Below are positions 1 to 13,900 of a DNA stretch of 64,000 bases, piece after piece. Both the position numbers and the translations under genes were made by a program. The notes beneath the pieces are model-generated. The model was not told where the DNA came from, did not search any database, and was given only the letters and a program-made list of their open reading frames with translations. The stretch's first letter is position 1; each line of letters starts with the position of its first letter. Source of the DNA: Leptogorgia sarmentosa (taxonomy: Eukaryota); the NCBI GenBank assembly GCA_964658305.1, contig OZ210885.1:18414001-18478000 (forward strand), in the 5' to 3' direction.

Positions 1-978
1 TTGGCCAGCCACGGATGCTAGCGAATCTACTCAACGCCATCAAGAACGATTGGGTATCGTAGCCGTATACCGCTTCGATATGCACAGCTCCAACAACTAG
101 ATCAGCGAAAATAACGCCATATGCCTTTCCACTGACACGTTTCTGAACTTCTCCTTTCACTACGTAAGGACCGAACATATCAAGCATGACATGTGTAAAA
201 GGAGGAGCTGGATGTAGGCGGGCTTCTGGAAGTTGACCCATGGATTGTTGAAGAAGCTTTGCTTGTCGGAGCTTGCACAACTGGCAATTCTGCTTGACTT
301 TCTGGGCTAATTTACTGCCTTGAGGGACCCAATACTCCTGTCTGAATTTCGCCAGGGTTGCATCTCGCCCCGTATGTCCTTGTTGATGAGCTCTGCGCAT
401 CAGAAGACGGGTGACACGATGTGAAGATGGCAGCAGTTTCTGCAGAGATGAATCCAGTGTCATAGGATTGTACTGGTCCAGGCGTTCGCCCACTAGCCAT
501 AGTCCATTTACACTCAGGACAGGATTGAGGGTCGCATACTGTCCTCCCTTTCGTCCTTTCTGATCTGTTTTAGCTAATTCTTCCTTCATAGTCTTCTGGA
601 CATCCTTTGCAATGAAATTCTCTGCGTCTCGTAACAGTTGCGCTGAAATTGACATCGTCCTTCCCCCGCTGAATGATTTATTTTGAAAGATGGCCTTGAT
701 TCGGGCGATGACCCATATGGCCTTGTTGATATCGCTGTATCTTTCATAGTCCATTAGGGAGGGACTGGCTGTCGTAGTCGACGCGTTGTGGATCTTCTTT
801 TCTGCGGGAAGACACTCTTCCTTTTGGGAGCCGAACTTTAGACCCCATTCTTCCACTGGTTGATACAAAATCAAGGGACCGTTCCACCATTGTGAATTTT
901 CATCAAGGTCTTGTGGACATCGTCCTCTGGTCAACCAGTCGGCTGTATTATTTTTGCCGGACATCCACGCCCAGCAAC

Positions 979-3900
979 TCACATCACTAACCTTACGCCT
1001 TCGTACACTTTGAATCGCGTGCTCGTCTTGTTTATCATATTGAGAACCGTTTCGGAATCAACAATCTGGAGGACTCGCTCAAATTGGAATCTCATTTCTC
1101 GTTCGATTACTTTTCTTCCTCTTTTTGACAAGCCGGCTGCATTCAATTCCATCTGGGAAGTTGATAGCTTGGTCACGGGAGCAACTCGACTCTTCGCCAT
1201 TATTAATCGACACCAGGGTTTACCATCTGATAACTCCCACCGAATGTATGCCACGAAACCGTAAGCGGCATTGCTACCGTCACTAAGTATTACCAACCAC
1301 GGGTTGCCCACCCCATCCGGGGGTCGAAGGCACCTTTGCAGACTCAGCTTTTCCAATTCGAACAGGGAAATGAAGAATTTTACCCACTTGGCACGAAGAT
1401 CATCGGGTAGTTGGTCGTCCCATCCAAGGTTGCGGGACCAGGTTTCTCTTAGGTAAATCTTTCCGATGAGGGTAAATGGGCTAACCAGGCCGAGGGGGTC
1501 GTAGATTTTCATCACCTGCTGTAAAACGATTCGCTTGGTCAAGACTTCTGGCACAGCTTTCGGTAGATCAACTAACTTCAGATTTGGTCCCGTGCGTACT
1601 CCACGTTTCTTTTGGCTGAAATTAAGGGTTACTTCATAAGCAATGACATCTTCCTTGGGTCTCCATCCCACACCCAGGACACGAAGGTTCGTGTGTGTTC
1701 CCTTCAGCAACGGCCGTTCTCGCAACAGGTCCTTAGACACGTTCTCTTTCCCTAACGCTTCGCTTAATTCGGGACCGGACCGAGTTTTTTCCTCTCCGCT
1801 AAATTGCCAACACTTCACTTCGAAGCCTCCTTTGGCTAACATGTTCTCTGTGTCATGTGCTAGATTCAACGCGTCGGACTTGTTAGATCGGGAATCAATC
1901 AGGTCATCAACGTAGCTGGACTTCTTTAGTAGCTCTGCAGCTTCCGGGCTATCTTCTTTGAATAAGTTCGCAGTCTTGTAAACAGCCTCCGTGCTAATCG
2001 CCGGTGCTGGTGAGTCTCCCATATTGACCTGTTCCATCACGTAGACATCTGGAACACGCTCTGCGTCCATGTCGCGCCATAAGAATCGATGACAATGCTG
2101 TTCCAGCGATTTTAAATGAACAGAGTTAAACATCTTCCTTAAGTCTCCAACGAAGGCAATGTACTCTTCCCTCCAATGCAGTAGAATTCCTATCAAATTG
2201 TTAATGTAAGCATCTGGTCCTTTGGCCAGACAGGAATTCAACGACACTCCGTGGTGGCTTTGACTGGAGTTAAAGACGATTCGCACCGGTGTAGAATTCG
2301 ACCGAGGGTTGATTACTGCCAAATGTGCGATATAGAACACGGGTCCTTTCCATTCTGTCAGCTCTTCAGGTGTCAATTTACGGGCAACTTGACGATCCAC
2401 CATATCTCTCATTTGGTCTTTATAGGTCTCGGCCCATTTGTTGTCACGGGATAAAGTTTGTTCAGTATTTCTCAGTGTAGCAAGGGCTGCATTGTAATTG
2501 TTGGGAAGGTTACTGGGGTCGACCAACCACGGGAATTCTGTCCTCCAACATCGGTTCTGATCATCATATTCTAAGTTGTCTTGGATCATCTTCAGCTCCT
2601 GCTCCTCCTTGAAGGAATAGGTATGGCCAACGGTGGGACATTTGTTGCAACGGCACCCACCGCATCGAGGTGAGGTTTCGGTGCCCAATTCTTCTCCTCG
2701 GATGAAGTTCTCTACCAGACTGTCAGTTCCTTGGTCACCCTTGGCCCTTGTGGCATTTGACGTACATTGGTAAACTTCGGTGCTCTCGTGACATCGGGAT
2801 GACAACGTTTGATGATTGAACTCTGGATGATCACCAAAACGAGCAAAATACGTTTCGGCCTTGTGTCGAATGTCATGGATTGTTCTTGCCAGATTGGTGT
2901 CGTGACAAGTTTCTTCCTTGAGTTCTGGATGGGTTCCTTGCAAACAAATCCCGAGTTCACCGCTCATTATGCTGAGGTTTTCACCGCACCGCGCCTCCTC
3001 GTTCTTTGGATGAAGTCCGAAGTGATCGCACCCAAGTAACACATCGACATGGGTAGACTGTCTTTGTAGAGACAGTGGATCGTATTCAGGAAATAACTTG
3101 ACCAACACATCAGGGTTGAGCTTGCTCACGGGACCTGTTATTCTCTCCATACCAAATGCGTTGACGGTAATCTTCTTTCCACTGCAGGTTCTCAACGTAA
3201 ACTGGTACTCTCTGGTGTTATAGGACTTTTCCACGTTGCCCATAGTAGTTATATCGAGGGTAAACTTTCGTACTACTTCCGCTTTGATCTTGTCGGCCGC
3301 ACGATGAGTAATGTAGCTTGAATTCGACCCTCCGTCACAGAAAACACTGACCGATTTACCACTTTCAACCATGGTGGCTTGGTGAATAGGATATAGGGCT
3401 AAGGTGTCGCTTTGAACCATATGACTACTTTTCTCTTCTCGGCTGTTCCCAAGGGCTTTCGTCTGCTCTGGCGCAATTTCTGCCGAATCCTTTTTCCTGC
3501 ACAACAGCTGGTGATGTGATTGGCTTCCACAGGACGGGCACGGGTCTTTCTGGGGGCAGTTCTGCCTCTTGTGGTTACCGAAGCATTTAAAACAGGCATT
3601 TACTTCCTTCAACAGTTCATATTTCCCCTGCTTGCCAGACACTGCCAACCTTTTGAATTCGTTACACTCACTGGTTGTGTGGTTAATATTGTCTTTCCTA
3701 TGTGCCGGATAGGCACACTTGTAGAATTTTCCTCCTCGGGCGTCTGCCTGGGTCTGATTACTCTGTCCTTTCACTCTCCCTTTCTCATACCTCTGGAATC
3801 TCTTCTTTGGAGGTTGATTCTCGGCTAACCGGGCGACTGCTTCCCGTTCACGCTCCAAGAACTTCATAAACCAAGGAAAAGGGTTAACTTTCTCTCCAGG

Positions 3901-5394
3901 TGACATATCGTGGTACTTGCGGACCCACTCCACTTTTATATGGCTTGGGAGATGCTCACTAATGTCGTCCATGTCTCTCATGGTGAGTATGTTTACGTGG
4001 TTTAGTTCCTGCAACTGACAGTAGGCGGCTTCCACTTCATCAACCAGCTCTATCAATGCTCTGTAATCTTCACTTTCCACCGGTTTTAACTGCTGTAAGC
4101 CAGCCAGTGCTGCTTGAACACTTGCACTCGTATCATCATAATGTGCCTCTAACTTCTTCCACATCGTGCCATAAGCTTCTGGCCTGGTTATGTACACTGA
4201 ACGAACTCGCTGACTTGCCTCTCCCTTGACTGACCTCTTCAGCTTGTGTGCTAGGGCCATTTTATTGGTATATACTGACTCGGCTAGTTGTTTCCATACA
4301 GATTTGAACTCAGGCCAGTCTTTCTGGTGGCCACTGAATGTTGGTAAGGGGGTTTTCTTCAGATTAACATTGGTATTACTGCTAAACGGTGTACCAATTG
4401 GATAAGGTTGGTGTGGCTCTCGTAGCTGCATCCGGGGGGTAGGATGTGTGTGACCAGGGAAACTATGGGGTGTTGTGCCATAATACCAAGGTTGGGTTAA
4501 AGGAATATTGGATTGCAGAAATGGGTTTGGTTGCCGTCTCGGATAAACTGTAAAATCATAAGGTGGATGCGTCGGTTCGGTGGTGCCTGCCTCAAGAGGG
4601 TGGGGTGAAATAATTGTGGTGGAATCTGTTGTGGGAATGGTTGGGTTAGGCCGGCCTCCTATGGGCCAAATATGTGGTGGATGTATAGACTGGGGGATGG
4701 TGCTAGTGCCCGTTACACTGCCGGGGGGTTGTGGTGGAAAAATCATGGTGGAGCCTGTTGTTGGAATGAGGGGGTTAGGGTGGCCTCCTACAGGCCAAAT
4801 GTGTGGTGGACGTATAGGCTGGGGGATGGTGCTGGTGACCGTTACACTACCAGGGGGGTAGGGTGCAATAATTACGTTGGAATCTGTAGTTGGGATGGGA
4901 GGGTTAGGGGGGCCTGCTACAGGTACTGTACTACTAGCGATCGATTGTTGTGGTGCTGTTGCCATGGTGGAATCTGTTACTGGGGGTGCCGGAATCTCAG
5001 GTGTTGTACCGAGGGGGTGGGAATCCGGGGCCACGTCTGTAACACCGCACTCAACTAGCACTGAGGTTGAACCATTTTCTGGGGCAACATTCATTGGAGT
5101 CATAGGCACCTTTGAAGCTTCATTTTCTTTTAAATACAAGTTCAGCCTTCTAATTCTATTGAAGGCAGTCCCCATTATTGTTTCCACATCGTCTTGCAGC
5201 TGAGTACCTGGCTGAAGAGCAGCAAGCCTGGTTACCTTATCACAAATCTCGTCCAACAACTTTTCCATGTCAGCCCTGTCCATCTGCAAACCATCCAAAC
5301 TAGGAGACTCCTGGATTAAGCTAGCATCAACTGCTGAAATTATATCTTGTAATCTGTTCATGTCTCTTTTCGTGGTCGTCATGAGAGGAACCAT
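979..5394 (-). pseudogene. BEL/Pao gag-pol polyprotein (Gag, protease, RT, RNase H); frame broken near 985 and near 5430
   Basis: 1471-aa ORF with the motifs above. Pol continues in another frame after EGVR (SCWAWMSGKNNTADWLTRG). Upstream ORF 5397-5747 looks like the frameshifted Gag N-terminus. Confidence 0.9.
4577..4930 (-). repeat. ~123-bp (41-aa) Pro-rich tandem repeat, about 3 copies, inside BEL Gag
   Basis: Recurring PNPxIPTTxS...PPGSVTxTSTIPQxIxPPHIWPxGG in the translation. Confidence 0.85.
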
Positions 5395-5701
5395 CGCTAA
5401 ATTGTGCTTAGATTTCTCATTTTCAGCCTTGCATTGTACATTATTAAATCGTCCCCATTCACTACACGGTGTTCAGTAAACTTTTCGTCTGAAACTAGTA
5501 ATTCATACTCTTCACTAATGACACAAAAATCATCATACGCCTTCTCTAGTTCCACAACAAGAGCTTGTACTACCTCAAACTCGACGTCTCGGTGGGTTGC
5601 ACACATTAGTCTTCTAGCCGCGAGTGTAACCGCCATTTTTGACTTGCTACGTTCTTGCTTCCTTGCTTCAACTTCGTCCATATTGATCGCAGTTGTCAAC
5701 G

Positions 5702-6093
5702 TGTTGTCTTCAAGCGACGAATTATAAATTTGCCAAGCCAAATACAATGTCCCTTCTTCACAAACACGTGCGAACCATCGTCCACAAACGACTAAGCCAG
5801 TGTTTTACTGTACTGGGATGCAGTAAGAAACAAACCCGAACGCGAACCCGTAAACGAGATTTAACACGACACAGTAAACAAACAACCACACGGACTAAAC
5901 TTTACAATAAATGAAATATAGTTGTCTTTAATATATGTCGGTAAAACACTGTTTTAGGTACAAATCAGCAATGGCAGACCTTTTATCGAATGTCTTTTCC
6001 AAACTCACGTGACCCTCTGTTTGGCGCGATCGCGCGAAACACACGTGTTGCCACGAAGCTAAATTAAGTGACTAAACTATGACTATTCCGACA
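5702..6093 (-). repeat. Putative 5' LTR of the first BEL element
   Basis: TGT...ACA-bounded non-coding block immediately upstream of gag. The partner LTR is outside the window, so the ends are unverified. Confidence 0.4.
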
Positions 6094-7504
6094 CAGGGAC
6101 GAGATGAGAGACGGGATGCTTCTGATATGGAATGTACTTTAATAAGTAACAGTTCATGGTTTTACGTAACTGCCAGTTATATTCCTCGTGGAAGATATTA
6201 ATAAGGTATATATTAATAAGGTTGTTCAGGCTGCAAAAAAATCTTGGACTATGAGACCTTCTCGCAAACATTTCAGCATCTAACTCATCCTGCCAGACCT
6301 GCCTTTCATCTTGAATGTTTCCCCCTTGCCCTGGCAAATTGTATTTTTTCAAATCCGATAATGAGAACTTAGTAGGATTTCACGCAGGGGCGGATCCAGC
6401 AAAATGTTTGACTGGTGCCCGGATAAAGACCTACACTAATTTAGGGGGGTCCGGGCGGTGGGACTTTGAAATTCTGACCTCGCAAATGGCATTTCCGGTA
6501 TTCTGAGCGAACTTTTCAAAGACAAATACACCTTTCAAACTGAGCAAAATAGAGGCGCAATTGCAGAAAAAATGTGGATAAAACATCACTAATACACAAG
6601 ACAATGACGCTATTATGAATTACATTGAAAATAAACTAGACCTATACAAAACAAATATGCTTACTATGCGCATCTGGTTTCCACTCACCTTTCTTCTCTT
6701 CCAATTTCTACTCACCTTTACACTCCAGAGAGCAAGGAACAACGGCAAGAGAGTAGACGCATAACGATTTTCTTTCTGTGAAAACACAGTGAAGAAATTG
6801 CTCAGGCACTGCCTCCCCGCCTAGATATGTATAACATACTGCAGTCAACTCAACAGGAGCATGATATCACAGTTTATCAGATATTGTTGCTTCGCCAATA
6901 CCGTAAGTTCCGAATTGCAACCGTCGACAGCAGGAAAAGTTCAATCTTCCAACAGCAGCAGGATAATAAGTTCGGAGTGGCTATTCGTACGGTACCGTAC
7001 GACTATATCTGTTTGCTATTCGTACGGCACTTCTACTGGGCATGCGCGATCAGAGTTCACTGTGCGCGATTAGGCACCATGCTTCCGGGCGACATGTGCA
7101 GGAAATGTAAAACAAGTCTTCGCTGTATTTGCACGCTCATATATATAGATATTTATCAAACCTCAACTACAAGTCAAGTTTGCTTCCCAAGGATATTTTC
7201 ACACCATCTGCTAAAGAAGATGGGGCGCAGAGCATCTAAGAGTAAGTGATAGTTTGTTGATTTTACGTTAGTGCTCCTCTCAATGTGTTTAATATTGTCT
7301 ATTGACACTATTATATCGCTTGCTAATTTTTATTCATTATTGTCCTTTATTTCGTTTCAACAGAACCAACAGGGTTCTCTTTCAAGAAATGTTTTCCAAA
7401 AGAACTAGACCCAGCTTTGAAGGTACAATTGCAATGTAGTGTAGTAGGATCACCGATCTGTAGTCATTGTGTATGATATATATCTTAGATAGATCAGTAA
7501 CCAG

Positions 7505-8527
7505 GGGCCGGTTGTACGAAAGGCGTTTAACTTAAACGGCGTTTAAGCATTATCCAACGTATAAATTTCCTATCCAGCGGATAGTTAACTAGCGGATAAA
7601 ATCGCGTTGCACGAACCCCGTTTAGGATCGCGTTTAACTATACGATGGATAAACTTAAATTTACCCGTAAAAAACCGGATTTTCCAGTATTTGTGCACCT
7701 CAACTTGGTACTTGAGGGAACTTGAGGGTAAAATGTTGCAGATTTCACACTCGTATAACATCACGCTTCATGAAATTCGAAAACAATGGTTATTTTTAAT
7801 TAATTTTACAACAACTTCAACATTTTATTCCTTGTCCTTGACCTTGAATTTTGTTGAAAACAATTTTTCGAACATTTTCTGTCATGTTTTGATTGGCTTA
7901 ACAAAGTCACACCGAGCGAACAAAGTTCTTTTCGAATTCTGGGCTTTTGGCGTCTTTTTGTTTGTATATTTGTGTACGTTATAATATTTGGTCGTCTACA
8001 GCGATTGTTCATTCAGAATGGCTTTAAGTTGGAGTTTTACAGCTGTTATTAAACACGATATAATAAGTCTGATTGTCTGAAGCGGGAAAGTCAAAGAATA
8101 TAACGTATAAACACGCCGGAAACTCGTGCGTTATGAAAGTATAGCAAAGTCGCAGCCTTTTATTCATATTCGAGGTTACTTCAGTTTACCTCAAGACAAG
8201 TTAGACAACAAAAGTCAATGGTGAGTGTTCACTTGACTTCTTTTTGTCCGTTGTAGTAAAGACAGTCCCCCCTTTCTGTCACAATTCTCCTTCGTTAATC
8301 TGAAATCCTCATTATTATGTTTTGAAATGTTAATTTATCCGCCGGATAGTGAGTTAAACGGTCTCATGAGACCGTTTAACTTTACCCATCGTTTAACCAA
8401 AATTTAACCAGTGGATAGCGCTAAACGGGCTTCGTACAACGCAATTTCTCAATCGTTTAAATTTTATCCGGCGAATAGCGAGTTAAACGGTGTATAGCGA
8501 CTTAAACGCCTTTCGTACAACCGGCCC
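7505..8527. mobile_element. Non-autonomous PIF/Harbinger-type MITE in a MULE intron
   Basis: TIR GGGCCGGTTGTACGAAAGGCGTTTAA; CAG duplicated at 7502-7504 and 8528-8530. Confidence 0.85.
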
Positions 8528-8913
8528 CAGATCCATATATATTAGATCAGTGTGCGTTTCCGATATCCACCCCCTCCCCCCTTTCCATCCCCTTCCCATC
8601 CCCTTCCCATCGGGGACCAACTTCTTTAATAACCCTGAAGAATTCTTGTCTTAATAAGTCTCTCAGATATTAATAGTCATTTGATCATACCCCTGAAGAA
8701 TTTCATGGTTATTTGGAACATGACCCCTGAAGAAGTCCAAAGTCCTTGCTCTGTGGGGGGGGGGGGGGGGGGGCTATGGTCGTTAAATGGAATAAATGTA
8801 TTTACAGGAGATATTTGATATTTTGTTATAAGAGCATAGTGGGGTAAAAAATTATTAAGTAAGTTCAGTAGTTTTCTGTAATCTACAATTACCTGTTACA
8901 TTATTTCCTTTAG

Positions 8914-10100
8914 AATATTATTAAAAAAGACCAAATTTAGAAAGTCAAACGTGGTATTTTGTCTGACCTTTTGTTCCCGACTATTTCCCAAACTGGAAAA
9001 CAGATGCTTCATTCCATGATACCGATTACCCTGACTGATGTTACCACCATGACCATAATTCCACCCAAGTCGGAATGCGAAACTATGCTTGCTGCCCTAA
9101 ATTCTGGGGCATATAAAGCAATTTCCTGTTCCTTAGGCTGTTTTGACCAGCCAACATTGCAGACATTGTTGAGGGTCCATGCATTGAGAGAAGTTAAAAA
9201 TGCAGTAGCACAGGAGAAAGCATGGCTCAAGAAGGATGTCCTAATACCAAATGAAAACTGTCCACCAATTGACCAGTTGTTGATTACTAAATATGAGGAT
9301 CTGCTTTTCCAGAACACTGACGATAAAGTAGTACTTGGTAAAACAATCTTGGCTTCAGATCTTAGTACCCTAACAGCCAGTGGTTGGCTATCACTCCCCA
9401 TTATCCTACAGTATGCTGAAATATTGAACAATCAGGATTCTGAAACCAGAGTGGTTGTCCTAAATCACTACATTGGCTTAGAGAAAAATTTGGTAGGAAA
9501 ACCAAAATGGCTGACACAGAAACAGGGCAAGTCTATGAAGTACCAGACGTTCATCATTAATGTTGGAGGTAACACAAACCAAACTTTTGTTGCAAAGCCT
9601 GGAAAAAAAGGATGCCATTGGACTATCCTGTACATTGACCTAAAAATGAATGTGTGGTATAATGTGATACACTTGGGTGGGCTCCTCCAAGTGATTTGAC
9701 CCACATTGTTAATTGCATGATGGAGACGATTATGCTGGAGTTGCCTAGGATGCCTGTGCAGGGCAGACATGTTGCCCATAAGCCTGAAAGCTGGTGTTCA
9801 CCATTGCTCCCAACAGTGTCTACAAAATATTCCCCTGCAAGCATGTGGTAATATTTGTGGTATGATTGCACTGGTAATGGCTGCCATTAGTTGCAGGGAC
9901 CCCAATTTATGGAGATCCGGGTTTCTCAGCAGACAGACTAACCTACCTGAGCAAATCCAATGGCTAAGATATCCCACCACGTATGGTTCCTATTTGCGCA
10001 TGGTATTTATCCAGTGGCTTATGGCTACAACCATTGATGTAGAACTACTGGGTATCACCAGCCTGATCCAAACTGGAGACTGTGAGTTCCTGCCATGCAA
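8914..10100 (+). pseudogene. Ulp1/SENP-like (C48) cysteine protease domain, frameshifted near 9660
   Basis: WLS..II, GCHWTILYID (His), CDTLGW in the shifted frame (Asp), PLQACGNICG (Gln, Cys). Confidence 0.7.
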
Positions 10101-10720
10101 ATCACCTCTACTGGAGAATGAGGACTTGAGTATATTAGATAAAGTGCAGAAACCTGAGTTTACAAGTGAAAACGATTGCAAACGAGCTAATGATGACTTG
10201 ATTTCCGACACTGTTCCATGCATGAAGCAATTAGATGCAAGCAACTATCTGTTGGATTGCCATTTTCATGACAATGGACCCGCCGATCACAGCCAAAGTG
10301 ATCTTGATGGCAATGATGATGATAGCAGTACAAAGACTAGAGACAATGAAGGTGATCCAGCTTTATTAGATGACCATGCCCATTGTACTTCACCACCACA
10401 AGTTGATCACACTGATAATGGTAGTGAGGTGACAAAAAGTGTTTGTGAAGGAAGAATAACAGCAAATGAGAATGCTTCAAATACTTCTAATGATAACAAT
10501 ATGAAGTCAACACATTGTGAAACACCTTTAACTACAAAAGAAATGCCAAAACAGACGCAAAAGAGACCAGTTGAGCATGGTGAGAGTGATATTCCAGCTG
10601 GGCCAGATTCCAAGCAACCCAAATTGGATATGAATGCACAATCCCATGGTGAAAGGGCACTGGACATTGGCAGTGAATTTGGATTATATGATGATTTGGA
10701 AAAGGCTGTGCAAGCATTCC

Positions 10721-10913
10721 TGTTCGAACGACTCGGAAAACTTGAACATGTGTTTATTTTTAATGATATTTATATTTTACACAACGTTTTTCTTTCGTTT
10801 TCTCCTCGTGCCTCTACCTAAACAAAACCCCTCAAAAAAACCGGCAGGCTCCCCGCTTGCCACAGCAAACCCAAGAATGTCAACTTTGATATTTAAAAAA
10901 CGTCTCCTACACA
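10721..10913 (-). repeat. 3' LTR (193 bp)
   Basis: Direct repeat of 17261-17453; adjoins the polypurine tract at 10914-10926 on the minus strand. Confidence 0.97.
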
Positions 10914-10975
10914 TCCCCCCTCCCCGCACTGTGCTCAGTGCGTATCTGATCAGTACAGTGTCTTAGGGGGTGTAA

Positions 10976-13900
10976 TCAGTTGTGCTTCAACGGCACTAAT
11001 TTATGTATTGGTCGCGTAAGCGTTTTCTCTCCACACTGGATCTTGGCTACTCGAGTGTGCCCATCTTTGCCAGGGTAAGTTTCGACGATCCGACCCAAAG
11101 GCCACCGTCCTCTAGGAACCCCGTTTTCGAGCGCGAGGACAACATCGCCTGTCTGTAAGTCGCTAACAATCTCCGTCCACTTAGGTCTCTTATTAAGCGT
11201 AGGAATGTATTCCTTTATCCATCTGGACCATACTTGGTCTAGTAACTGTTGAACTCTTCGCCATCGATTGCGTAAATTGAAACTTGTGTAATCCACTGAT
11301 TCGGGCGCTAACACTCCTCCTACTCGTCCATGGAGGAAATGGTTCGGGGTTAGTGGTAAGACGTCTTTGGGGTCGGACGACTGGTAGGTCAAGGGGCGCG
11401 AATTTAATAAACTTTCAACACCAGTTATCACGGTCATCAGCTCTTCGTCTCGAACATCACTATTTCCCAAAACAGCATAGATAGCGCGTTTCGCTGCCTT
11501 GATCAGTGCCTCGTGTATTCCTCCAAAGTGCGGAGCGGCTGGAGGGTTAAAGTGCCATTTAACTCTAGTAAAGAGGTGATAAGCCGTTTGCTGAATACGA
11601 TCTGGGTCCAATTTTCCAACCAACTCACGCAACTCGTTGACCGCCCCCACGAAATTGGTTCCGTTATCGCTAATCACTTCGGATGGAACACCCCGACGAC
11701 TGACGAACCTCGTAAATGCATTTAAAAAACTTTCCGTGTCCAGGGACCAGGCCATTTCTAGATGGAGTGCCCTTGTCGCAAGGCAGGTAAACAAACACAG
11801 CCAACGCTTCTGTCGTTGTTTTCCGCGACCTTGGACTGTAATAAAGGGGCCCGCGTAATCCACCGCGCTCTGATCGAAGGGACGAAAAGTGAATCTTAGG
11901 CGAATACTCGGTAGCGGGGCCATGACCTGGGTGGCCAGTTTCGTTTTCCTTTTCTTGCATTCGTTGCAATCCCTTTCGCAATCTCGAATTTTCTCCCGTG
12001 CTGCGATTATCCAGTACTTTTGCGACAGTTGAGCCAGGATGAAGTTAACCCCGCCGGCGTGCTTTGCCATATTGTGGTAATGTCTGACGATCAGCTTGGT
12101 CACGTGATGGCTGCGAGGAAGGATTATGGGGTTTCGTGTTTCGGGTGGTAAATACTCTGCATACGTTAGCCTTCCTCCCATTCGAATGGTGCCACTCTCG
12201 TCAAGACGAGGGGATAGTTTTAGTAGATGACTTTTGGGCGGGATTGACTTCTTGCTCGTTAACGCCTTATACTCCTCGGGGAAGGCCTCCTGTTGTGCTC
12301 GTCGAATGATGGCTTCCTCCGCGTCTCGTATTTCTTCAGGAAGCAATGCCGTCCCGGCGATTCGATTTTGTGTTTTCTGCATATTGCACAGCACACGTAT
12401 GACTCGCGCGTGAATGCAAACCAGATGCATCCAACAAGAATACCGAGTAGGGTTTAATCTCCACTCTTGTGCGAACCCGTTTAGATCCTGACTACGTTGA
12501 CTGGAACTGTGACGGCTGGTAAGAACCGTTGGCTTCTTCCTTTCCTTACACTCGCTTGGGGGTTTATCGTTGTCAACTCGTGGCCACTTTTCCTCTTCTG
12601 ACAACAACCATTCTGGTCCGTGCCACCATATTGTGTTATGTTTTATTTCTTCGGCGTTAACTCCTCGCGATATCAGGTCGGCTGGATTTTCGTCCGTTGG
12701 TACGTGTTGCCATTGCTGAGGGACACTGTTCATTTGAATTTCCCCGACCCGATTAGCCACGAATGCGCGGAAATCCCTTCCATGCCCGCGAATCCACCAG
12801 AGTACATCTTGACTGTCCGAGTAGAATGTCACAACGCTCAAATGAATCTCCAAGACTCGAATAATGGCTTGTGTTAGTCTCAAACCAGCGATCGCCGCCA
12901 TCAATTCTAACCGTGGGACAGTGACTGGGATCAAGGGGGCTACTTTACTCTTCGATGCTAACAACCGACACGTCGGTGGATGGGGTTCTTCATATTCACA
13001 GCGTGCATACACTACAGCTCCGTAGGCGTTTGTGGATGCGTCAACAAAGGTTACTAACTTGAAGGCCGTAACTTTCAACGGTAGTCGGATACACCGAGGA
13101 ATCTTCACTTCTGCCAACGCCAAAAGTTGACCGAACCAAACCTGAATTTCATTTGCGATACTGTCCTGTATTTCATCGTCCCAGTCGTACCCGCGAGCCC
13201 ACAAGACCTGCAAAAGCATCTTGCCTTTGATGATTGCTGGGGATACCAAGCCCAGAGGGTCGAAGAGTGTAGCTATCCTTTTTAGGACGTTTCTCTTCGT
13301 TACCGACCTGAATTCGGACATTGTAGGCGATGAGACGGAAAGAGTGTCCTCTTCGCTAAACCAGGAAAGACCCAAGGTCTTGGTCACCGGTTGGTCTGCG
13401 TTTTGGATTACAAGTTCAGAAGCCCGATGCTCTTCCGGAATCGCCGCCAATAACTGCTTGGAATTCGATACCCATTTTCTGGCATCCATGCCCGCCTTGC
13501 CCCAAAGCTCTTGTAATTCCTCGCGAAGACTCTTAGCTGTTGTTTCATCCGTTACACTGTCGATTGAGTCGTCCATGTAAGTTGATTTTAGTACCGTCTC
13601 AGCCGCCAACGGATAACGCTCTCTATGACGGCGAGCATTCTGCTGGGCGACGTTTGCGCCTCCATAGGCGCTGAATTTTTGCCGAATACGACACGTGTAA
13701 ACTCATACTCGTCCGGCTCTCTACCAGTCTCGTAGTCCCGCCACAGGATTCGGAAAAATGGACGATCTTGTTTCTCGATTTCAATTTGCAAGTACATTTC
13801 TTTTATATCGCACGCGATTCCGATGGGATGCCTTCTGAAACGAATGAGAACGTCGAAAAGTTCTGTGTGAAGCTTTGGACCGGCGTGAATGGCATCATTC

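Larger units (their letters stand above)
1..6093 (-). mobile_element. BEL/Pao LTR retrotransposon, decayed; 3' part runs off the left edge of the window
   Basis: Gag-pol ORF with Cys/His knuckles (CFKC..H..C), protease-like DGGS, RT (SYVDD), Pao RNase H region (YDPLGL, SDGS, MELNAA) and integrase-like sequence continuing toward position 1. Confidence 0.92.

Noticed and set aside
6385..7080. MULE left TIR or other element ends (CAGGGGCGGATCCAG at ~6385; palindromic CGTACG repeats at ~6975-7030)
   Set aside because: No matching partner end found in the window, so no boundary can be supported.
8755..8773. Poly-G run as a regulatory G4
   Set aside because: Homopolymer within a probable MITE fragment; its length is unreliable.
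10634..10966. Duplicated ORF (also 17282-17542)
   Set aside because: Translation of the two LTR copies.
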